Below are positions 1 to 8,678 of a stretch of DNA of 61,830 nucleotides, piece after piece. Position 1 is the first letter of the stretch; the number at the start of each line of letters is the position of its first letter. The position numbers and the translations under genes were made by a program. This DNA is from a bacterium (GTDB lineage Bacteria; J088; JAWLBW01), in NCBI GenBank assembly GCA_041690355.1, contig JAWLHK010000027.1:1-61830 (forward strand). Direction: 5' to 3'. A model generated the notes under the pieces. That model saw only the letters and a list, made by a program, of their open reading frames with translations, searched no databases and was not told the DNA's origin.

Positions 1-7
1 GCGCACC

Positions 8-1231
8 GTGGCGCTCATGATGGCCGGCGCGGTTCTGCTGGTCTGGCCCACCGACTATTTCGTCTTCGCCGACCGGCCCGACTATCTGGAAATGATCACC
101 ATCTGGCGTGCGACCCTCGGCGGGGTGACCGTACTGCTGGCCGCGGGGCTCACGTACGTCGATGTCGTTCGCAGGTACCCGGTCGCCGCGTTCAGCGTCG
201 CCGCCGTGCTGGTCATGGGGGTCTCGGGGGTGGCCGTGGGGCGGCTGGGGGGCATCGATAATCCCCTCTTCTACTCCGTCTACCCGATTCCCGCGACGAC
301 GGTCGTCCTGCTGACGACGCTCCGACGCCGCGTTCTGGCCACCCTTGCGGTCGCCGGCTCGTATCTGGCCGGTTTTCTGGTCATGGTCTACCCGGCTCCG
401 ATACCGCCCGAGTTCGCCAGCCCGGTTATCTTTCTCACGGCATCCTGCATCGGGATGGTCTTCATCGGGCATGTCGTCTACCGGCTCGTGGGGAGCAACT
501 ACAGCCGCGAGCGCCGTCTCGAACGGATACTCGCCGCCCGCGAACAGGACCTGGCGCTCGCCGCGCGCGAGGCGCTCGCGGCGCAGGACGGCGTGCGCTC
601 GGGGCTCCTGCACGACCTGCATGACAATGTGGGGCCGATCATCACCGCCCTTCATCTCGAAACCTTCGCCCGGCGCACCATGGTTGCGGGGCGTGACGAT
701 GCCGCCGCGGTACAGGAGTATCTCGACATCGTCGAGCAGCATACCCAGAGCCTGAAGCGTACGATTCGGGGCATGCTTCGCGAACTCGATCCGTATGGCG
801 TCGACCGTGGACGGCTGACCGAGGTGCTGACCGGATCGCTTGCGGAGCTGGGCATTGCCGGACGCCACGCCCTGGAGTGCGCCTTCGAACAGTCGCTGAA
901 CGACCTGCCAGCCGACGTCAAACTGGCGCTTTACCTCATCGTGCGCGAGTGCGCGGCGAATACGCTGAAGCATGCCGATGCGAAATGCGTGCGCGTTCTG
1001 GCGGGGGTGCGCGACGGTGTGCTGCAGCTCCGCTTCGAAGATGACGGACGGGGCTGTGATCTCGAGGCCGTTCTGCGCGAGGCAGGGCCCGGCCATTACG
1101 GATTGACCGGCCTTCGCTTGCGCGCCATCGATATCGGCGGCCGCACGGAAATTACGTCCTCTCCCGGTGGCGGCTTCCGGGTCGATCTTCTCGTTCCCCT
1201 CGTGGGGGCCGGCCACACGGTGGGCGCATGA
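8..1231 (+). CDS. Membrane sensor histidine kinase (HisKA_3/NarX-DesK type); true start may lie upstream of the window
   Basis: Several N-terminal hydrophobic segments; H-box LHDLHDNVG; N-box RECAANTLKHA; G boxes EDDGRG and GHYGLTGLRLRA; stop overlaps the next ATG (ATGA). Confidence 0.9.
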   Translation: MALMMAGAVLLVWPTDYFVFADRPDYLEMITIWRATLGGVTVLLAAGLTYVDVVRRYPVAAFSVAAVLVMGVSGVAVGRLGGIDNPLFYSVYPIPATTVVLLTTLRRRVLATLAVAGSYLAGFLVMVYPAPIPPEFASPVIFLTASCIGMVFIGHVVYRLVGSNYSRERRLERILAAREQDLALAAREALAAQDGVRSGLLHDLHDNVGPIITALHLETFARRTMVAGRDDAAAVQEYLDIVEQHTQSLKRTIRGMLRELDPYGVDRGRLTEVLTGSLAELGIAGRHALECAFEQSLNDLPADVKLALYLIVRECAANTLKHADAKCVRVLAGVRDGVLQLRFEDDGRGCDLEAVLREAGPGHYGLTGLRLRAIDIGGRTEITSSPGGGFRVDLLVPLVGAGHTVGA

Positions 1232-1863
1232 GCATGCGGATCAATCTGGCGATTGCCGACGATCACGAGATGATCCGCATCGGCCTCGAACGTGTGTTTT
1301 CTCTGATCGAGGGGATGGTGGTCGTGGCGCGATATGCTGACGCCACCGAGCTGCTGCGGGCCGATCTTCACGTGGTCGACGTGCTGCTGCTCGATCTGAA
1401 TATGCCCGGCGGCGACGGCATCGCCGTCATCGCCTCGCTCACCGAGCGGTTTCCCGACCTGAAAATCGTCGTCTTTTCGCTGCTGCCCGAAGAAAGCTTC
1501 GCCCCCCGGGCTCTCGCGGCGGGGGCGAGCGCCTATCTCAACAAGGGGCAATCGCCCGAAGAGGTCATCGCCGCCGTGCAGGCCGTCGTCGCCTATGGGA
1601 CCTACGTTCCGGCTGCGCAGGAAGAAGCCATGCTCGCCCTCGAGGCCGACCGGGACGTTCCCCTGCACCAGAGCCTCTCGCAGCGGGAGTTCGAGATTCT
1701 CCTCCTCGTTGCCGCCGGATGCAAACCCGTGCAGATTGCCGAGCGCCTGGAGCTGCGGGTGGGTACCGTCTCGACCCACGTCCACCGGGTCAAGCGCAAA
1801 CTCGGCGCCCGCTCCCTCGGTGATCTGGTCGCCTACGCGCACCGCCACCGGCTGGTCGGATAA
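1228..1863 (+). CDS. NarL/FixJ-family response regulator (REC + LuxR HTH)
   Basis: ADDH..IR, LLDLNMPG phosphoacceptor, C-terminal LSQREFEIL...IAERLEL...TVSTH...KLG. Confidence 0.95.
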   Translation: MSMRINLAIADDHEMIRIGLERVFSLIEGMVVVARYADATELLRADLHVVDVLLLDLNMPGGDGIAVIASLTERFPDLKIVVFSLLPEESFAPRALAAGASAYLNKGQSPEEVIAAVQAVVAYGTYVPAAQEEAMLALEADRDVPLHQSLSQREFEILLLVAAGCKPVQIAERLELRVGTVSTHVHRVKRKLGARSLGDLVAYAHRHRLVG

Positions 1864-2021
1864 CGCCCGCCGCGTCTCCGGCGGCACGCATATGATCAAT
1901 GTCATGGGGGCCGGGAACTGGAACGGGTACGGTGGCAGGAGCTGCGGGTGCCTTCGCATGTGCGGAGACGTTCATGCCCGGCCCGGCAGAATCCCAACCT
2001 TCTTGGTGAGAGACATCCTCC

Positions 2022-2300
2022 ATGGCCGTGACGACCCTCGATATCCAGTCCATTCATCCCTCCGCACGACATCCGCTGGTGTTCGCCGTTTTCGAGAATA
2101 TGGTGCCGGGGGCCAGTCTCGTGCTGGTCAACAATCACGACCCGGTGCCGCTGCAGCGCCAGTTCGCGCAGCACTTTGCCGGTGAGTTCTCGTGGACCTA
2201 TCTGGAGCAGGGCCCCACGACCTGGCGGGTCGAGGTCACGCGCATGGATAGGGACCTCGACCCCCACGCGTCCGGAAGCTGCTGCGGCGGCTGCGGCTGA
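2022..2300 (+). CDS. DUF2249-domain protein with a Cys-rich tail
   Basis: LDIQ.I.P..RHPLVF..F..M.PG.SL.LVNNHDP.PL..QF...F.W.YLEQGP..WRV pattern; ends SCCGGCG. Confidence 0.85.
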   Translation: MAVTTLDIQSIHPSARHPLVFAVFENMVPGASLVLVNNHDPVPLQRQFAQHFAGEFSWTYLEQGPTTWRVEVTRMDRDLDPHASGSCCGGCG

Positions 2301-2445
2301 ACAAGAGCAGCTGCGCCCCGGATCATCCGGGCACCGTGGGTGCATCCGACTGGCCGCCGCTCTCCTTGCCGGTTCCGGGCGCGATGCCGTACGATGATGC
2401 GGTACCGAGCCGGGACCGCTCCGGCGCATGGGGAGGGACGCTACG

Positions 2446-2625
2446 ATGGCCAACGACAAGACGCGCATCCGTATCGAACAGCACGGCTCAGCCGGCCTCT
2501 TCTGGTTCGGCGCCTGGCTGTTCACGATCGGCTACCTCGATCTGACCTTCTGGAAGGGCGCGCTCGGTCTGATCCTCTGGCCGTACTACCTCGGCGTGGC
2601 CTTTCGTCCGGTGCTCGTGCCGTAG
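2446..2625 (+). CDS. Small conserved-type hydrophobic membrane protein (59 aa)
   Basis: GGAGG upstream of ATG 2446; Trp/Gly-rich hydrophobic sequence WFGAWLFTIGYL.LTFWKG.LGLILWPYYLG. Confidence 0.7.
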   Translation: MANDKTRIRIEQHGSAGLFWFGAWLFTIGYLDLTFWKGALGLILWPYYLGVAFRPVLVP

Positions 2626-2659
2626 CGCTTCCAGTCTTCAGCCTGCCCGTGCGCGGGAA

Positions 2660-2790
2660 CAGCAGCCTCTGCCTTGCGGACGGCCAGATACCGCCCGAAC
2701 TCCCTGTCGTCGCCGCCGATGTGTCGCACGAGCCAGTCGACGACGAAACCTTCGTTTCCATGAGCAGGGTGCGGTCCGGTGGTATTTGCA
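2660..2790 (-). pseudogene. Frameshifted C-terminal remnant of a bacteriohemerythrin
   Basis: 2747-2685 encodes FVVDWLVRHIGGDDREFGRYL (hemerythrin WL..HI...D motif); the preceding PDRTLLMETK is in a different frame; no N-terminal half. Confidence 0.6.
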
Positions 2791-2876
2791 TGGTGACGCG
2801 CAAGGCGATATGCTCTGGGTGAACGCTGGGTGATGCGCCGGTCGGCCCGGGGCTTCACCGCAAAGGAGTACCGCCC

Positions 2877-3791
2877 ATGACCGAGATCGCCACCTTCCCC
2901 CCCGCGCCGCACTCCGAGGTTCCTCTCGTTCCCCGGAAACCCCGGGTGTGGCATCTGGCCGCCATCTTCGTTCTTGCGCAGTTGGCCCTCGTGCTGGTGA
3001 CCGGTATCGTCATCGGCGGACGCGCGGCGATGCGAGGGCAGGCAGAATCGGCCTCCGATCCGCAGCAGCTTGCGAAGATTGCCGAGGAACTGAGCCGGTC
3101 GCCGGAGGTCATTCTGACCTCGATCGCAACGAGCGTCGTCCTTTGCACCGGGCTCGCGCTTCTGGTCGGCCTCCTGTCGCCGCAGCGCCTGAGCGCACGC
3201 CTTCGGCTCGCGGCGGGCCGGCTGTCGGGCGTCGACGTGGCTGTCGCCGCCATCGGCTTTCTCGGTTACAGCATGGCAGCCGATGCGGTCATGCGCGCCA
3301 TCCCGGGATACGACCAGAGCAGCGTGGCGCAGCTCGGCTCCCTCTTACGGGGCTTCGAGGGGGCCACGTTTCTCCTCGTCCTCGGACTGGTGGGGCTTGG
3401 CGCTCCTCTCGGCGAAGAGCTGTTCTACCGCGGCGCGATCCAGACGCGTCTGGCCGAGCGTTTCGGCCGCTTTGTCGGGCTGTTCGCGGCGAGCGCGGCC
3501 TTCGCGATCGCGCACATGGATCCCTTCCACATGGTCTTTGCGCTTGGAGCGGGGCTCTATCTGGGATGGGTCGCAGACCTGGCGCAGAGCACGCGCACGT
3601 CTACCGTCGTGCACGCCGTGAACAACGTCGCCTCGGTGCTGGGCGCGATGGTGACCGGGGCAGCGCTGGAATGGTTGAATTCCCTGCCGGTTTCCGTTGC
3701 TGCCGGTCTCGTGGCCCTCGTCTGCACAGCCTGGCTCGTGCGCCGAAGCCGAACTCCCAGGGAGTTTCCGGTCGACAATATCGCGCCGTGA
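2877..3791 (+). CDS. CPBP (Abi/CAAX) family intramembrane metalloprotease
   Basis: AAGGAG RBS; EELFYRG, FAIAH and HAVNN motifs; multiple TM segments. Confidence 0.9.
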   Translation: MTEIATFPPAPHSEVPLVPRKPRVWHLAAIFVLAQLALVLVTGIVIGGRAAMRGQAESASDPQQLAKIAEELSRSPEVILTSIATSVVLCTGLALLVGLLSPQRLSARLRLAAGRLSGVDVAVAAIGFLGYSMAADAVMRAIPGYDQSSVAQLGSLLRGFEGATFLLVLGLVGLGAPLGEELFYRGAIQTRLAERFGRFVGLFAASAAFAIAHMDPFHMVFALGAGLYLGWVADLAQSTRTSTVVHAVNNVASVLGAMVTGAALEWLNSLPVSVAAGLVALVCTAWLVRRSRTPREFPVDNIAP

Positions 3792-3973
3792 AACGGCCTT
3801 GATCCATCAACCCACCGTGCTAGAATGCCACCCATGCCGGTCGACGACCTCTGCGAAAGCGGTTCCTGTGGAACCGAGATGCTTACGTGGGAGGCGGTCA
3901 GCAGCTCGCAGCTGAAGCTCAACGGCGAATCCTGCGGGACCCGGGCGGGCGACCCGTCGGGCGGGGATGTCCG

Positions 3974-4576
3974 GTGACTTCGTCCGCGGTGCCTGAAGTC
4001 CGCATCCGTCCCGCGCGCAGGGAGGATGCCCTCGCGCTGGCGAAGCTGGCGCTGCTTGCGGGCGAGGGGATGCCTGCGTTTTTCTGGGCGTCGTCGCGGC
4101 AACCCGGACAGTCGATCGAGGAGGCCGGCGCGGCCAAGGTGCGCTCTGAAACGGCAAATTTCTCCTATCGGAATGCGCGTGTCGCCGATGTCGATGGCGA
4201 AGTGGCCGGCATGCTCCTCGCCTATCGCCTGCCGGATGCCGACGCGGCTGAGGATCTTGCTTCACTCCCGGAATTCATCCGCCCGTTGATTGAGCTGGAG
4301 CAGCAGGCGCCGGGCAGTTACTACATCAACATGCTCGCAACGTTTCCCCGTTACCGGGACCGGGGAATCGGCAGCGCGCTGATGGGGATCGTCGACGCCG
4401 AAGCCCGGCGCCTCGGGTGCACGCTGACGAGCATCGAGGTCTTCAGCGAGAACAAGGGCGCGGTCCGGCTCTACGAGCGGCTCGGCTACGCGATTGTGGA
4501 CAGGCGCCCGGTCGTTCCCCACGAGTGCTTTCCCTACGCGACCGGCGATGTGCTCCTGCTGACGCGGGTGGTGTGA
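3974..4576 (+). CDS. GNAT family N-acetyltransferase (start uncertain)
   Basis: IRPARRED; YYINMLATFPRYRDRGIGSAL; N.GAVRLYERLGY. Confidence 0.9.
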   Translation: MTSSAVPEVRIRPARREDALALAKLALLAGEGMPAFFWASSRQPGQSIEEAGAAKVRSETANFSYRNARVADVDGEVAGMLLAYRLPDADAAEDLASLPEFIRPLIELEQQAPGSYYINMLATFPRYRDRGIGSALMGIVDAEARRLGCTLTSIEVFSENKGAVRLYERLGYAIVDRRPVVPHECFPYATGDVLLLTRVV

Positions 4577-4581
4577 ACGTT

Positions 4582-5427
4582 TCAGCCGGGCGCCTGGGGT
4601 TGCTTTTTCCGCACCAGGGGGAAAAGCTGCCAGCTTATCTGGAAGACCTCGTCTTTCGGACTGTCTTCGGATTCGACGAGCGCCAGTAGTTCTGCCTGGC
4701 TCTCCTGCCACCACTTCTTGATTTTCGGAAGAGAATTCCGGGAACCCGCGGTGATGATGACCTGGTAGCTCCGCTCGTTCATCGGTACATCCAGAAGGGC
4801 GTCGGCCGCCTTGGCTAATGCGTTTTCATGGTAGGCGAACATGTGCATATCGCGCACGCCGTCGCCGGTCAGGATGTCCGTTTCGAGGCGCACCCAAGAT
4901 CCGTCTTCATTTTCCTCGACCAGGCCAACTGCAATGAGGTCGGCCATGGCTCGTCGTACGTCGGCTATCGAATGCGCTGGATCGAATTGGGCGGCGATCC
5001 ACGCAGCATCAGCCTGAAAATCCGGGAAGTGAGTCATCTCGTAGATGATGGGGGCCAGCCAGTGGCGCAGGAAACGAAGCTTCGCCTGTTCGAGCGGTGC
5101 CGCCTTGCGCCGCATCGGATGCCGAACGAGCCGCTGATAATGAGACATCCGCTCGGTCATGGTGTCGGCCTGGTTCATGCACACGAGCGTTTCGAAATAG
5201 GCCCGGGAACTCTCATCCAATTTGAGCTCCGTTGCAAACTTGCCGATGCTTCGTGCCGAGAGATTCCGTTTGCCGTCGATGACCAGACGCAGGATATTCG
5301 GCGCGCCGAAGCCTGAGCGCTTTGCGAACGCGCGCATCGAGTACTTCCCGGATGCCTGCTTCCAGACCAGCCAGTCGGCGAGGTATTTTCGATAGTCTTC
5401 GTAGGCAAACAGGTTGGGCTCGTTCAT
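4582..5427 (-). CDS. TIGR02147/DUF4423-family protein, putative DNA-binding regulator
   Basis: F.YEDYRKYL.DW...YSMRAFAKRSGF..PN.L.LVIDGKRNLS; YFETLV.MNQA; C-terminal EVFQISWQLFPL. Confidence 0.85.
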   Translation of the reverse strand: MNEPNLFAYEDYRKYLADWLVWKQASGKYSMRAFAKRSGFGAPNILRLVIDGKRNLSARSIGKFATELKLDESSRAYFETLVCMNQADTMTERMSHYQRLVRHPMRRKAAPLEQAKLRFLRHWLAPIIYEMTHFPDFQADAAWIAAQFDPAHSIADVRRAMADLIAVGLVEENEDGSWVRLETDILTGDGVRDMHMFAYHENALAKAADALLDVPMNERSYQVIITAGSRNSLPKIKKWWQESQAELLALVESEDSPKDEVFQISWQLFPLVRKKQPQAPG

Positions 5428-5603
5428 AAACACCAGAAAGCGTCTACATTTTGTATTCACGCCGCCGCCGGGTGGCGCGTATGAAACGCCTGCGCTTTCA
5501 ATATCTTAGCGCTCAGAAGGGGGGTTGCGCCAATCATTGCGCAGTTTTGCTCGGGTACGCTCTGCTTTGCTATTGTTTAGGCAACAGACGCACGGAGGAC
5601 CCC

Positions 5604-8021
5604 ATGTTCCGCTCGCTCAACGTACTGCTCTTGGCCACCGTAACCGCTGCATGCGCGAATCAGCCTGTCGAGCGCAAGCCCACCGGACGCGACAACTCTG
5701 TGCCGGCCCTTGCCGGCGCCCTGATTGCCGAAGGGGACTACCGGAAAGAGGACGTCATCACGGTGACGCCCCAGGGGTGGAGCGACGCCGACGGCGATCC
5801 GGAGTGGTACCGCTATCAATGGTACGTAGATGGCGTTCCGGTCGCCGGGCAGACCTTCGCCAGCCTATCCGGAGAGTACTTCGGCAAGGGGAGCGAAGTC
5901 TACTGTCAGGTTACGCCCGTCGACGCGTTTGCCGCAGGGCTTCCTGTCAACTCCAATGCCGTGACGATCGGCAATACGCCGCCTGCTTTACGCGCAGCGG
6001 CATTAAGCGTGGATGTTCCCACCTCCGGCGATGACCTGACGCTGGTGCCCATCGATTCGTTCGATCCCGACGGCGAACCGATTGTTTACTCGGTCGCGTG
6101 GTATGTCAACGGGACGCAAGTAATGGAGGTAACCGAATTGACGTTACCCCGGGAACACTACGTTCGCGGGGACTCCGTATATGCGGTTGTGACGCCATAT
6201 GACGGCGAAACGCCCGGCACATCGTTCAGCACGGAGCCGGTTGTGATCCGGAACGCGCTACCGAAGATTACGATGGCCGCTCTCTCTCCGGGGCCGCATG
6301 ACAGGCGCAATCCAATCGGCGCGCTCGTCGATGCCGAAGACGCCGACGGCGACCTGTTGACCTATGCCTTCCGCTGGTATGTGAACGGTGTATCCATCCC
6401 GTACGTCACGGGAACGGTACTCGCGGCAAGTTGGTTTGAGCGAGGCGATACCGTGTTTTTCGAGACGCGCGCCCACGACGGGTTTGGGTTTGGCGCCTGG
6501 GTTGGTTCCGAACGAACGGTAATCCAGAATGCCCCGCCTGTGGCACCCACGGCTGCCTTGTACCCTTCGCACGTCAGTACGAGCGATCCGGTTTGGGTCG
6601 TCGCGAGTGCAAATGGCGATCCGGACGGCGATCCGGTCATCCTCAGGTACGCATGGTACAAGAATGGCGAGCTGCAGCCGTTTCCGTCCTCAACGACAGC
6701 GGTGATCTCAAACCCGGTGACTTACTATACTCGTCCTGACGACGAATGGCGTGCGGTGGTATTTGCCAGTGATGGCACGGCTGATTCTGAAGTTTTCAGC
6801 GAGCCCGTCATCGTGCAGAAAGTCCGGTTTCGCGAAGTAAGTGGGTATAGCTACTATAACTCGCACTGGGACGATACGTCATACTTTTCTTCCCTTTCAT
6901 GTGCGATCGACACGCGTGATGCTTTGTGGTGCTGGGGGGGGAGACGTCTCGTTGCGCCATATCCCAGCAGCCCCTATGCTATCTCGGGAACCACTCCGAA
7001 ACGCTTCGGGGGGAGCTGGCGCACACTTGGCACGCATGCCCAGTGCGGAATCCGAAGTGACGGTACGTTATGGTGTTGGCCCCATTACGAAGAGCCCGGC
7101 GGGCATCCGGAACAGGTTGGGAACGCAACCGACTGGATCGCAGTTTATGAGAGACCATGGGACGCATATTCCCCACCGAGTACATGCGCGCAAAACTCCA
7201 GCGGGGAACTTTGGTGTTGGGGCGTGAATAATGATTATTCGCTTGGCCTTGGTACCAGTGAATTCATTACTGCCCCTACTCTTGTTACCGCTGCTACCGC
7301 TTGGCAAAGCGTTTCACTTTCAGACGGCCATGGGTGCGGCAGCACTGCAGACGGAAAGCTTTGGTGTTGGGGATTCGGGGACTCCGGTGAACTTGGTGTG
7401 GGCATTTCAAACTGCGCGCTCGCCCCCGATCCTGCATGTTACCGCCCGTATCCAACCGTGGTGACCGAATTGACAGGGTGGGTGGATGTTGCAACGGCTC
7501 GTTGGAGTTCGTGCGGCGTGCGGGATGATGGCACGTTGTGGTGTTGGGGGCGTACCGATTCTTATACCGGCCCTTCACTTTACGCCGGCTCGTACTTCGT
7601 ATACCCGACCCAGGTCGGCACGGATACTGATTGGGACTCGATCGAGGGGTCGTGGGGGAACTACTGTGGACGCAAAGAGTCTGGACAAGTTTTCTGCTGG
7701 GGCAGCGATGAGAGCGGCCAGCTGGGGGTGGGGGGTAACGCGCTTTACGATGTATGTGACCCTGGTCGACCCTGTTTCAGGGCACCGCTCGATCCGGTCA
7801 ACGCGATAGAAGACTTCACGACGGTCAGCGTACACAGTCATCAGTCTTGCGGAATCAGGCAGGACGGCACCCTCTGGTGCTGGGGAAGCAATCAGTGGGG
7901 AGAGCTCGGAATCGGGATCCCTTTGGGAACGGGAAAGCCAGACGATAGGGTAACCGGGCCAGAACAGTGCGAATTCATGGGCCACGCCTGCTCCACCGTC
8001 CCCCGCGAGGTCTTCCAATGA
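5604..8021 (+). CDS. Lipoprotein with four Ig-like repeats and a C-terminal RCC1/BLIP-II-like beta-propeller
   Basis: GGAGG RBS at 5594; lipobox VTAAC; four D(A/P)DG(D/E)....W Y(V/K)(N/D)G repeats; about seven C(G/A)I..DG.LWCWG repeats. Confidence 0.85.
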   Translation: MFRSLNVLLLATVTAACANQPVERKPTGRDNSVPALAGALIAEGDYRKEDVITVTPQGWSDADGDPEWYRYQWYVDGVPVAGQTFASLSGEYFGKGSEVYCQVTPVDAFAAGLPVNSNAVTIGNTPPALRAAALSVDVPTSGDDLTLVPIDSFDPDGEPIVYSVAWYVNGTQVMEVTELTLPREHYVRGDSVYAVVTPYDGETPGTSFSTEPVVIRNALPKITMAALSPGPHDRRNPIGALVDAEDADGDLLTYAFRWYVNGVSIPYVTGTVLAASWFERGDTVFFETRAHDGFGFGAWVGSERTVIQNAPPVAPTAALYPSHVSTSDPVWVVASANGDPDGDPVILRYAWYKNGELQPFPSSTTAVISNPVTYYTRPDDEWRAVVFASDGTADSEVFSEPVIVQKVRFREVSGYSYYNSHWDDTSYFSSLSCAIDTRDALWCWGGRRLVAPYPSSPYAISGTTPKRFGGSWRTLGTHAQCGIRSDGTLWCWPHYEEPGGHPEQVGNATDWIAVYERPWDAYSPPSTCAQNSSGELWCWGVNNDYSLGLGTSEFITAPTLVTAATAWQSVSLSDGHGCGSTADGKLWCWGFGDSGELGVGISNCALAPDPACYRPYPTVVTELTGWVDVATARWSSCGVRDDGTLWCWGRTDSYTGPSLYAGSYFVYPTQVGTDTDWDSIEGSWGNYCGRKESGQVFCWGSDESGQLGVGGNALYDVCDPGRPCFRAPLDPVNAIEDFTTVSVHSHQSCGIRQDGTLWCWGSNQWGELGIGIPLGTGKPDDRVTGPEQCEFMGHACSTVPREVFQ

Positions 8022-8656
8022 AGCGCGCCTGGTTCGTAGCGATCTTCATTGCCGGCTGTGCGGTCTCGGTCGGCAATCCCGGTGAGCCGCGAGGGAAGCT
8101 CGCGAAGCTCTCGGGGATCGTCGTCAACCTCGAAGATCAGCGTCCGCTGCAGACTGCAATCCGGCTGGAAGCTGCCGAACAGAGATTTCAGGCGGCGGCA
8201 ACCAGCGCCCCCGACGGGACGTACCAGTTTGCGGACTTGGCAGAAGGGTTGTACCACGTCCACATTGGCGCAAGCTTTACATACCAGATACCCGTATCGG
8301 AAAACACGCGCTTTGATGTGTTCCTGCCGACGCCTGCGGCGCCTACGAACTTCCAGGTGCTCGACCTGGACGATGGAACACTCTGTTTTCTGTGGGAGGA
8401 TCGCTCCGGGCTTGAAGCCGGCTTCATCCTGCAGGGAGATGCGCCCGCCGAAATACCGGCGAATCATGACGGGGTCGTCCTCGCGCATGGGTTGACGGAA
8501 CGATTTGTATTGTGGGCCTACAACGAGTACGGCGAATCCGTGACCGTTACGACACAGCTGGAGTTGGATGGCGAAGACGACATGGCCTGGCGGGACCGCG
8601 AGCGCTGCACCGTGCCGCCCGACGCCGATTTGCCGGTCTTTCTGGAGTTTCCTTAA
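8018..8656 (+). CDS. Lipoprotein with carboxypeptidase-regulatory-like and FN3-like domains
   Basis: ATGA overlap with the upstream stop; MKRAWFVAIFIAG-C lipobox followed by SVGNPG; DGTYQFADLAEGLY; PAAPTNF...WED.S..E.GF. Confidence 0.75.
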   Translation: MKRAWFVAIFIAGCAVSVGNPGEPRGKLAKLSGIVVNLEDQRPLQTAIRLEAAEQRFQAAATSAPDGTYQFADLAEGLYHVHIGASFTYQIPVSENTRFDVFLPTPAAPTNFQVLDLDDGTLCFLWEDRSGLEAGFILQGDAPAEIPANHDGVVLAHGLTERFVLWAYNEYGESVTVTTQLELDGEDDMAWRDRERCTVPPDADLPVFLEFP

Positions 8657-8678
8657 GGCAATCGGGGGATCGTTTTCC

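Noticed and set aside
3799-3810. FNR box (TTGAT-cc-ATCAA)
   Set aside because: Spacer is 2 nt rather than the required 4
5604-8021. Diversity-generating retroelement target
   Set aside because: No reverse transcriptase and no template/variable repeat pair seen in the window
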